A DNA stretch of 64,000 bases, from positions 37,820,001 to 37,884,000 of the forward strand of contig JANJGN010000026.1 in the NCBI GenBank assembly GCA_026770705.1. The letters are read 5' to 3'. A program made the position numbers and the translations under genes. The notes under the pieces are model-generated. The model was not told where the DNA came from. It searched no databases and saw nothing but the letters and a program-made list of their open reading frames with translations. The DNA comes from Isurus oxyrinchus (Eukaryota). The first letter of the stretch is position 1; each line of letters opens with the position of its first letter. Below, one piece after another: positions 50,410 through 60,789 of this stretch.

Positions 50410-50557
50410 TTAAAGTTTTAAAGCTTCTATAAATATGCAAAGAAGAAAACGCGATTAGTGAAGACAAATATAAGCCTTTTAATGTCCGAAACGGGAGAAT
50501 TTAGAATAGAAAGCAAGGAAATGGCAGAACAATTTAAGTTTTTCTACAGGATGGACA
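50410..50557 (+). mobile_element. CR1 ORF2 internal fragment replacing the RSS of the adjacent V
   Basis: RLVKTNISLLMSETGEFRIESKEMAEQF. Confidence 0.65.
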
Positions 50558-50573
50558 CGGAGCTGTGTATCTG

Positions 50574-51015
50574 GGAGTCTCAGAGCGCAGTCATGCACGG
50601 CAACCTCTGGCAGTTCCACCCAGAAACTCACAGCTGAACCTTACTCTCTGTTCTCAGTTCTTCTATAAGCCCCTTCTCGGTGAAGTCGGCTGATAAGGTG
50701 ATATATTGGCCAATTAGCAACAGGTTGACTGGAGCCGACCGGAAAACTGCCAGCACATGAAAAGGCAATGGACGATAACTGTTGCTTTAAAACGACAATC
50801 CATCATTACTGTTTCTCCTTCCCGCATTGTCCTGTCCAAATATTGTTTACACACAGAATCGCCGCTGGAACTGTTGTCTGGAAGAAAAATTGAACATTTA
50901 GAAACATTCGTCCCTTAACCGAACCTAATAGTTTTTTTTTTTCACTCGGATCCCACATGTGCATACACAGCACAGAGAACGTTAAAACCAGACTGAAAAA
51001 CACAGGGAAACACAT
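50574..51015 (-). pseudogene. Inverted TCR V alpha/delta pseudogene (leader 50967-51015, V exon 50574-50877)
   Basis: Leader MCFPVFFSLVLTFSVL with GTATGC donor; acceptor ttcttccag. SSSGDSVCKQYLDRTMREGETVMMDCRFKATVIVHCLFMCWQFSGR, frameshift, APVNLLLIG..DFTEKG..VELPEVAVHDCALR. RSS destroyed. Confidence 0.85.
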
Positions 51016-51979
51016 CACTGTTCGCGGGTCGCAACGTGAGGACCGACACCTTTTCCACTGTGGCAAAAGCCTCCACCAGCACAGGAGCAAAATGAACTAT
51101 TTCACCCTAAGACACATATAGGAATGGAGCTGTCTCTGCCCCATATCATATCCTCTTAGGACAATAACACACTATCAGTGATAAGAGGGAACTGGCCTGG
51201 CCTCTGTGAGTTCACTCGGCCGGCATTCCCGCCGCCGGCACAGACGCACGTGCATTTATTCCTGACGTCTTTCCAGTAGGCGGCAGTGGTATCAGTGAAG
51301 TTTAAAAACTCCTCGAGGTGTCGCTTTTAAAGACCAGGAGAATTATAATTGCGGCAGGGTGTGTGAGTTTTAAAAATGTTAACAGGGTGCGTGATTGTGA
51401 GTTTTAGAGGGTATAGGATTAAAGTCAATTTGCAGAGTCCGTTATTTTGGAATATGAATAAAGTCTTAATTCACGGACTTCTGCTGCCACCTGAGCTGAA
51501 AAAAAACTTTGTGGTTGGAGCTCCGACAAAGTCCGGCTCAATCGATTGATGTGTAATAGAACTTTAAATCCCGATCCTCAACTTTGAGTTTAAAGTTTTT
51601 TTTAGTTTTAATCATGTTTTATTTTTGTCTAAAACATTGAAGGAAAGTATATCAATAGAATGCACAGTTGCTAAGGTAACACATTCTATGCCGAAGAGAG
51701 AATTAAGGAAACATTAAAGCAGTAGTCCTCTGATGTTCACTTTCTTTATAATCATGTCTTCCTTTGAAGCTGAATGATGACGGGAATGGAGACTGGGAGT
51801 TGTTTGAATCAGCGGCGTTAACCAGAGTTCGACGACAAATACTCTGAAAGAAGTATGAGCTTGTGAATGCATTTAAAACACAACCGACAACTTACTAAAA
51901 TTAAACTGTTGATGTAGAAGTTGGGAGATGGATTGAAAGTATAGCAGCTCACTTTAGGACTGGCAACACGAAATTCTTC

Positions 51980-52172
51980 ACAGACATGCAGGTGCAGATA
52001 CATACGCACTCACGCAGGCGCACACAGGCACCACCAGACCACACACGCACAGACACACGAACACACGGACGCAAGCAAACACACACACACACACAAACAC
52101 ACACAGACAGACGCGCATACGCACACGCACACCGACACACAGAAACACACACACACACACACAAACATACAT
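51980..52172. repeat. (CA)n-rich simple repeat
   Basis: Direct observation. Confidence 0.9.
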
Positions 52173-52589
52173 TGATCAATGAAGCGGAGGAAAGTAGATT
52201 GGATTCCTTTAAGGAATTGTTGGAAGTTACTATTGCGCGTGGAAGTTAGGATCTTGCCGAATAAATGAACAAAGGCGGGCGGAAAGGCAGCGCTTATCCT
52301 TAATGATCATGTGAACTATAAAAAGACGGCATGGTACTTTTGCACCTCGGAGTTACATGAAGTCTACACGAGTGTTCACTTTGCTGGTTTCCGTGTGGGA
52401 GGAACTGCAGACGGGAGAATGTCGTTCAGTTACATTTTTGTATAAAACTAATTAAAGAAACGGATTCGGAAGTAATGGCATTATTTGCAAATGGAAGTTG
52501 TGTTTAGTTTATATTGTCAATTATTAAAGTATTATCAATGAGATGTTGGAAATATTTTCTATGAAACGTTCAACCAGTATCTACTTCCA

Positions 52590-53060
52590 ACTATCATAGG
52601 AATGTGCAGCAGGGGTGAAGGCCATTGCCGATTGTATAAGCAGCAGCCGGTAATTAGCCATCCAGCCTAAACTTATTGCTCAAGGTTTGATCAGTCGCCT
52701 TATGTGTTAAGACACGAAGGTGCATATCCTTTTTGTTAAAAATTATGAAAATTTATGCCTCTGGCATTCGTTGCCCTGTGAGTTACAGACGCCCACCGCC
52801 TTCTGGTTGAGAAAAAATCTCCTTGTTTTCCCTTTTATACCTCCCACTTCTTAACCTAGATCTATTCCGCCTTAGTTGTGGACCACTCAACAGAAGAGCT
52901 TAGATCATCGTAGCCACTCGTTATTTGATAAGCTTCCTTTAGGTCTCCCCTCAACCTCCTCTTTTCCAACGAAAAGAACGCAAGACTGCCCAATATTTCC
53001 TCATAACTATTACTCTTCAGTCCAGGAAAGACCCTTTTAAATATCCCCTGTATCCTCTCT
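52590..53060 (-). mobile_element. CR1 3' fragment
   Basis: FPGLKSNSYEEILGSLAFFSLEKRRLRGDLKEAYQI. Confidence 0.8.
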
Positions 53061-53769
53061 CGTGTAATCACATTAATACTTTTTACAAAGTATCCCATTC
53101 TGTTCAAACCTATTAGACAATCCTAATTTCAGTCAGATAAATGAAGTATCGCATTGTTGTGTTCAAACTCCTTGGGAGTCATTGTCTGCCTGTATCCCCT
53201 GTGTATCGGTTGTGAGTAGTTCTAAAGGGAAGTGAGAAAGCCATTCAATGGAAGCAGCCGGCACTCATGCTGAAGCAGCATTAACAATTTCCCTTCAATG
53301 TCCCAGTTCTCCAGGTTGCACCAGTTTATAGAATTTAGATTCTCTTGTAGCTGAAAACACAATGGCCTCGAGTTGCTGCCCAAGGGTCCTGCGATCTGTT
53401 TCTTCCAGGGACTTGCATTCGTCAGTTAAAGACTGGGAGTTCACACTGGCGGAATGACGGCGCTGAGCTGACTGTTCAGAATGAGAAGTGAGAAAGAACA
53501 AAAGCACAAATGTGACTCAGGGACGAGCAGATTCAGCCTCCCAAATGGTCCTTACTAATTTTTTTAACTGGCTGAGAAAGTCTCCTAATGCATTGTTGGG
53601 TGACAGAATGAATCAAATTCTGGAATAGTTTCATTGACTATCTTTGAAGAGGACTGCGGTGTCATTGTGCACTGTGTGGTGAGCTTACAAACAACTCTTG
53701 ATTTCTTCAATTCTGCAAACAAGAGATTCGCCTGCCCTTGAAGTTTTCCAAAACTAAATTCAAATTTCA

Positions 53770-54420
53770 ACTCATATCTGGCCAGTCAAGTATTCTATCT
53801 GCCATAAATGTTGAAGGAGACAATCCAGAATAAGCGGCAGCCAGCTCTCTCAAAAGACCACCACTGACGAGGATATCCAACACCAGATCAACTGCGCCAG
53901 CTTCGCCTTCTGAAAACTACGACAGCGAGTGTTCACAAAAAAGACCTGTGCAAGTCAACAGAGGTCCGAATGTACAGAGCAGTTGCCATCAACAGGCTCC
54001 CGTACCACAGTAAGACCTGGGATGGTTATCAATGAAACCTAACAGCTCGAGAGGATTTCCATCAGCAATGACTCGCCACACCATTTGGTTTCATGATAGG
54101 AGCATTGAACAAGCAGTCGTGTCCTTCTTGGAGTCAGCTCCATAAGCATTCAGGAAAAACTTGTGCAAAATCAGTTACAGTGGTCTGGATACTGTGTCAG
54201 GATGGCCTAACTGCGTCTCCCCCACCAGGTTCCTTTCTCTCAACTTTCCAATGGCCAACGCCCCAGAGGAGGGCAAAGACAGCATTTCAAGGGCACCCTG
54301 AAGAGCTCCTTGAAGTATAGGGAAGATCTCGCACTGTACACCCGGGTATGAGGAAACTTCCTTGTCCGAGGGCCACATCTGGGTATGGATTTCGTTTGTG
54401 TACCGCAAATGCTGCTGAAC
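53770..54420 (+). mobile_element. RTE-clade LINE fragment
   Basis: GSQLSQKTTTDEDIQHQINCASFAF*KLRQRVF...MYRAVAI..LPYHSKTW...FHQQ*LRH. Confidence 0.75.
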
Positions 54421-54489
54421 AATTAAAACAAGTATTGATTTTGGTACAAATAAACATTATACATTCGCTATTAGAATTGTTAAACCATC

Positions 54490-54850
54490 ACAGAATTTAT
54501 AGAAGTATTCAAATTCACTAGAGTCTGGATAGGGTATATTGGGAGAAACGCCTCCCATTTGTGGAAGGATCGATAACCAAAGGAGACAGCTCTGAGATAA
54601 TTGGCAGAAGAAGCAATGGCGACATGAGAAAAAACTTTTCCATGTAGCGAATGATTAGGATCTGGAATGCAGGTTGATTGGTACCTTCAAAAGGGAACTG
54701 GGTCGTTATCTGTAAAAGGTAAAAAAAAAGACACAGATTACGGGGAAAATACTGGGAATAGGATTGGATGAGTTTATCCCCCAGAGGGCCAACAAAAGCA
54801 CGAAGGACCCAACGGTCTTCTGCTATGCTCTTCTGACTCTATGAATCTAT
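54490..54850 (+). mobile_element. CR1 3' end
   Basis: gaagtattcaaattc...ggatctggaatgca...ttctgactctatgaatctat tail. Confidence 0.75.
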
Positions 54851-55867
54851 AACGATGCATTACAATAATTTAACCAAACTTACTGGCTTCTCACACTCTC
54901 TTGACTTAATGTGAACAGCATAGCTTGTCACCCCTCATTGCTATGACATCAACGTATGGTGTCAGACATGTTCTGGAAATACACAAGAAGTAATTGCGAT
55001 GCTGGTGATTTAGCTGGGATCTGTAGTGCGATTTGCTGCATTTCAGCATAGAAAAGGTTTGTGTGTGCACATCAGTGGAGCCTAACATAACAGGGATTTT
55101 CTCTGCCGACTTGAAGATAATTGGGAGCTCAGGTTCTCTCAAGGAAGCAGAAAACCTGTCAAGTTATTCTGGATTGTTGTTTTCCATGAAAGTTTTATCT
55201 TTATGCTGGAAAAGCTTCAGGTTGTCAGCCTTCTCTGTCACATTCTTCTGCCCTCCAGAAAGTTTGCAGTGTTATGACAATAATGTGATTATGGGAAATT
55301 TATCTCTTACTTTGTCCTTATGACAGGATGTTAAGGAAACTGGCCGACAGCCACAAAAGTTTAAACAAATCAAAGAACGAAGTCAAAAATTAAGATAGAA
55401 AATCCTAGTCAGTCAGCTAACTGCATGACAGCCAACACAGCTTCTGATGTTCTGATCTAATTAACTATTTTATCTGCATCCCATCTGAAAGGCTTATCTC
55501 CAGAACTGCGGTGATCCCTCAGTTCTGCACTGCAGAATCAGCCTGATTGACTGGGACTTGAAGACAGAACCGCCTGACTTCGAGGCAACAGCGCCACCAA
55601 GTGACTCATCGTTGCCGCGGGACACGTAGAATATAAGTTTGGGTAACTTGGATTATTCATGGTTAATTTTTTACCATTTAGAAAACAGCGGCGTTTAAAC
55701 AGGAAATGAAGGAGGAGTCAGGTTTCTGAAGGGGAAGATGGTGAACTCCAGCCTAACATTGGGTTCCAGCCAGTTTAAAAAGTGAACGGTTCAGCTTGAA
55801 GTTAACAATCAGGAAGCGGTATCGGGGAGTCTTTACAAGGCTGGGGAAACTTCTACCGAAAAAGCAA

Positions 55868-56336
55868 ATGATGGCGCGGTTCCTGTACCTCAGTTTGTTC
55901 CTAGTTAGCTTTACTTGTGAGTGCTGAGGATTTATTGATCGCAGAGTCATTAAGATTTTAAATATTCTGGTTTAATTTGTTGCATTTTGAACTGTCTCTT
56001 TTCACGTAGATTTGCTCCTTTATAATTTGCTCGTAGGTATCCGGGCCAGCATTCTGCTAACCCAACCGGATTCCATCTCCAAAAACATTGATGACTCTCT
56101 CCAACTGTCTTGTGCGGTGAGTGGGTACGATATCAACCAACATCATATGCACTGGATTCGAGAGGTCCCCGTGGAAGGATTAGAATCCATACTCGCTGAT
56201 AGGAAAGGGTACAACACCGATTACGCGCCTGGAGTTCAAAGTCGAATCACTTTTTCAACTGAATCTTCCACAACCTATATTGAGTTGAATAATTTGAAAA
56301 CCGAGGACACGGCCACCTATTACTGTGCGAAGCAGT
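55868..56336 (+). CDS. IgH-like V gene segment (VH or TAILV-like; leader 55868-55916, V exon 56037-56336)
   Basis: Leader MMARFLYLSLFLVSFT with GTGAGT donor; acceptor ctcgtag. CIRASILLTQPDSISKNIDDSLQLSCAVSGYDINQHHMHWIREVPVEGLESILADRKGYNTDYAPGVQSRITFSTESSTTYIELNNLKTEDTATYYCAKQ. Frame is open; both canonical Cys and the Trp are present. Confidence 0.92.
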
Positions 56337-56377
56337 CACGGTGAGAGAAACCAAGGCTGGACCCAGGAAAAAAAACA
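56337..56377 (+). promoter_or_regulatory. 23-class RSS of the IgH-like V (variant nonamer)
   Basis: CACGGTG, spacer agagaaaccaaggctggacccag (23 bp), then GAAAAAAAACA. Confidence 0.8.
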
Positions 56378-56711
56378 GAACGTGGGGGAATCTAGATGCT
56401 CCAGGCAGAACACCTCGTTGAGAAGCAATGTTCGTAATGCAGTCTGACTCTGAACCTAGAGTTACCCCTTAGCAAATGAATTGTAGCAAAACAATTGTGT
56501 GCTTTCTCATGTGTATTATTTATAGCAAAAATGTTTGGAGACCCAGGGGCTAACGTTTCAACAATGCGCTATTGGAGGATTTTAGAAGGACTAGCGATAC
56601 ATTCCTATCGGTTGGAATGAATCTATCCTGCACACCTTCTCATCATTGACAGTAAAGCAAACGTTCGCGAGATGGAGTCTGAAAGTCAGGATTTGATCAG
56701 AAAGGGAATGC

Positions 56712-56786
56712 AGTATTTGTGCGGGCATGGGTTACTGTGATACTATGGGGTGGAGTATCACATTACTAACTGTCAACACAAAAAAC
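56712..56786 (+). other. IgH-type D segment (56740-56758) flanked by 12/12 RSS
   Basis: AGTATTTGT-12-TACTGTG | ATACTATGGGGTGGAGTAT | CACATTA-12-ACAAAAAAC; open in three frames (YYGVEY, ILWGGV, TMGWS). Confidence 0.88.
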
Positions 56787-57100
56787 CCGACAGAACTTAT
56801 AGGCTCAGTCTGGATCACTGGCCGGCGAGTATGAGTTCGCTATACATGTGGTGAAGTAGTGTTTATATTGTCATCCAGAACTGAAACCCTTGCCAGATTT
56901 AAGAGAGAGAGAAATGCTAGATAATTACTCAGGAATCAGTTGGTGATTGGAAGAAGTATTCAATTTGAGCAATCAAATGAGGAAAGACTGATGTATAAAC
57001 ATGAAAACTGTACATTTGTAATGATTTAGAAATCTATTGTTAGTTGTGCGATGTTACTTTCTAAAAGAATGGCCTCTTTCCTCAATTTTATGCAGGACCC

Positions 57101-57193
57101 ATTTATTGTGTGGCCCATTGCAGGGAAATGTAACACAGTGGTACTTATATCTTGACTACTGGGGACAAGGCACCAAAGTTACAGTGACGGCAG
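57101..57193 (+). CDS. IgH-type J segment (57141-57193) with 23-class RSS
   Basis: ATTTATTGT, 24 bp (22-24 depending on nonamer register), CACAGTG. YLYLDYWGQGTKVTVTA carries the heavy-chain WGxG motif; phase-1 donor G|GTAAGA. Confidence 0.93.
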
Positions 57194-57784
57194 GTAAGAA
57201 ACTTGCACTAGCTTAATAATTAGGTTATATTTCTGTCTTTATAATAAATTATGTTTTTTAAAAATTAATTATTTTGGCCATCCATTATAATTAGTGGGCT
57301 CTCTAAGTTTGAATGCAATGTTACTTGTGATTGTGCTCAAGATGCTGTTAAAATAAAGCGAGAGTTCCAAAGTGTCGGCCCGGGATTGAACCTTAACTAA
57401 ATTGTTGGTGTTATACGGACAGAATCTAACAACAGTAAACAAATGTGTTCTGTGACTGTCTATGTCTCTGGCCCTTTTCATGATATTCTTTGAGATGATG
57501 TGATACCGTATTATTGTGATAGAGTTGAACATTCGCGAATCTTCGCTGTGAAACACAGAACTATTTCAAATAGACCATTGTTAAGTCCATCATTTGAAAT
57601 GCACTCCGAGAACAGGTCGGGTTTATGTCATGTTATTATGTTTTACAATGTGGAGAATTTACCGTGAGCGTGTAGTGAGAGAAGAATATTAGAATCACAG
57701 ATCATTTCAATGTGATTTTATTGAAGAAAGAAAGGCATTTTCCGGATGTGCGCAGCTTTTGGAACAATACACAATATGTTGATA

Positions 57785-57955
57785 TAAAAGCAAAATACTG
57801 TGGATGCTGGAAATCTGAACTAAAAACAGAAAATGCAGGAACAACTCAGCACGTTTGGCAGCATCTATGGAGAATGAAACAGAATTAACGTTTCGAGACC
57901 GAATGACTCTTGTTCAGAGTTCTGACTCGAAACGTTAACACTTGTTTCTCACTCA
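57785..57955. mobile_element. Penelope-type terminal repeat, partial hairpin
   Basis: aaaatactgtggatgctggaaatctgaactaaaaacagaaaatgc...aacgtttcgag / ctcgaaacgttaac. Confidence 0.7.
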
Positions 57956-58589
57956 ATTCGTTAATATTGATTAATATTGGAAGCTCTAAATTGAACCGCG
58001 TGATGGGGTGGAGTGTGATAGCCTCTAAAACACAAAAGTTATCAGACACAAACGATGCAAATTTAACATTTTTTCATCTTATTAAAATACAGCAAATATT
58101 TACAAAGTTCGGAGGTGTCGTATAGAACGATTTAAATTCGTTTATTCCTAACGTGTGAAATATGCCCTGAGAATAGACGGAGTTTATGCTATATCATTTT
58201 GTTCAAAAACATGTAATGTTTACAAGGGGGCAAGCAGATAGTAAAACTGCTCATTTTAAATCAATGAAGTTGGATTTGCTTCAAATAAAATAACATTAAC
58301 CAAACATATTCATATATTGATAGGACACTTAATATTTTAATATTGATAAATATTCTGTTAATCTAACTCGAACGCTAAAATCTCCTGAATTACCGGGCAG
58401 GAACAGGATTGAAATTGATATTAACTAATGTCTTTATAATACAGTATACATGAACGAATGGATATTATCCTGCACGAATATTAACTGACAATAATTCGAA
58501 TTTGTTATCGCATCAAACATAAACAACCTTCTACAATTTCGTCGTAAACTGACCAGGATTACCATGAGTGCGAATTCTGAAGGGTTGGA

Positions 58590-60690
58590 GAGAATATTTA
58601 ATGATATGATAGAGCCCTGGAGCAATAGAGTCGTTGTGGCACAGGAAGACATTTGGATCACCGAGTGCATGCTGGACCTCTGTAGAACAATCCCGTTAGT
58701 CACACTCCAATGCTGTACCCTCGTAGCCCTGGAAGTTTTTTTCCCCTGTAGTGTCAATCCAATTTCCTTTTTCAAATCATTGATAGTCTCCACCTTTGCC
58801 ACCATATTTGGCAACGAGTCATAACATGCGCTTCACAAAAGACTCTTCCTCACATTGCCAGTACCTTTTTGTCAAAAACTTTAAACCACGTGTCCCAAAA
58901 CTCTTGAACTATTACTTAATGAAAACATCTTTTCTTTACCTATCTCTGTGACACTTTCATATTTTTACACATCTTATCAAATCTCCCCTTATTCTCAATT
59001 ACTCCAAGAAGGACAACCCAGCTTCTCCAATATAACATTGTAGCTAAATTTCCTCAAGCCTAGCAGCATTCTGTTAAATCCCCTCTGCATCCTTTCATGG
59101 ACAGTCACAACGTTCCTAAAGTGTGGTTACCAGAACTGGATGCAAAACTCAATTTTATGCCTCACCACTGATTTATTAAGGATCAGCATAACTTTCCTGC
59201 TTTTGTACTCAATTCCTCTATTTATGACGCTCAAGATTCAAATACATTGCTAAATGATCTCTCAATATGTCCTGCCACATTCAAAGGTCGATGCATACGG
59301 ACCTCAGGTCCCTCTCCTATCGTGCATTCTTTAGAACGGTACCTTTAAATTTTTATTGCCCCTCCCAGATTCTACTGAGAAAATGCATCACTTCGCAATT
59401 CTGTATTAAATTCTTGTTTACACCTCTGCTAGCCCATCTAGTTTCTGTTGCAGCCATTCGTATCACTCTCACTGTTTGTGACACCTCAATCCATGGTATC
59501 ATCCACAAATTTTGAAACTTCATTCCGCATTCCAATGTCCAAGGCATAGAATCTCAATTTATTGCATTTGAACTGCTTTTTCCTTGAACATTTTTGCTGA
59601 TATGCATTATACACACTCTACTTTGTTTAATCATACATACTATCTCCCCCTTCAGCCAAGGAGCACTGCCTTTGGTTTACGTTTTACTCTTATTGCACCG
59701 AAAATATCTCGTCCTTAAAATCATCCATTGTTCCGTTGCTGATTTTCTTCTCAGTCTTTGGTTCTATTTTAACTAAATCCACTCACATTACATTAAATTT
59801 AGTCCTCTTCCAATTTAGAAGTTTTACTTTAGATTGTTACATGCTGTTCTCTATTAGTAGTCAGAACCATATGACACGATGATCACTTCTATTCAAATGT
59901 TTTCCACAGACATCTAGCCCATGTGATTCATGTCATTCTGCAGCACTAATTCCAGTAACTCCTCCTTCCTTGTTGAGCCGGAATCAGACTGGATAAGGAA
60001 TTCGCCCTGAATACATTTCTGAAGATCCCCCCACTCCTTATACTTACCTATAACATTATTACATCGACATTTGGGTAGTCAGAGAGTCCCAAAATAACCA
60101 CAAGTATTTACATCTCTGTGATTTCCCTACAGATTCGCTCTCCATTTTTTTCTTTCTCTGTCATCCCCACCTCTCTTTCTCTCTTTCTTCCCCCACCACC
60201 CTCCCCCGACCCCCACCCCCGCCCCCACCCCCGACTCTATCCCACTCATCCCTCTCTCTCTCTCTTTTGGACTCTCCATTTGGCCAATAGAATACCCTTC
60301 ACAGCGTGGTCATCCCTCTTCTACTTCTCAGCTCGAACCAAATTGATTCTTCTCTTGTTGCTTCAAAGACATCCTCTCATTCCAACACTGAAATGTGTTT
60401 CCCAGTCAACACTGCGACCCCAATTCCTTTTCACCCTCCCCTATCTTCTTGCTTACCATATCTAACCCAGGTTTCCCTCATTGTTACAAACGGATGTCCA
60501 AACGGATATTTGTGATTGCAACTCACCAATTTTATTCACCAGACTCTTTGCTCTCACATACCCACATTTCAAACCTATCTTTGGATTGCCCATCAACTAT
60601 TTTAGCCCATTGTATCTGATATGATGCTATTTCATTCTCTATTAATGTTCAACACTCTACCTCAATATGTGTATTTTGTTAACATTTTCT
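58590..60690 (-). mobile_element. Old CR1 LINE, internally deleted (3' UTR and RT end, plus endonuclease remnants)
   Basis: Inverted match to the 2340-3505 copy (cagcataactttcctgcttttgtactc; aaatgcatcacttc). Endonuclease-like remnants at about 59800-60130. Confidence 0.7.
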
Positions 60691-60789
60691 CCTACGATAT
60701 GCTGATGTCCAGCCGCCCCCACCCCCCACCGCCCCCCTCCACCCCCGCAAATTTAGTTCAAAACATCTCCAGCAACTCTAGTGAATGTT

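Noticed and set aside
50560-50630. Plus-strand AVY..LR plus a heptamer-like sequence
   Set aside because: Explained as the reverse complement of the minus-strand V pseudogene 3' end.
52300-52372. KTAWYFCTSE resembles a V 3' end
   Set aside because: No upstream framework and no RSS.
53440-53490. J-like HWRNDGAELTVQN
   Set aside because: No GxG motif, RSS or GT donor.
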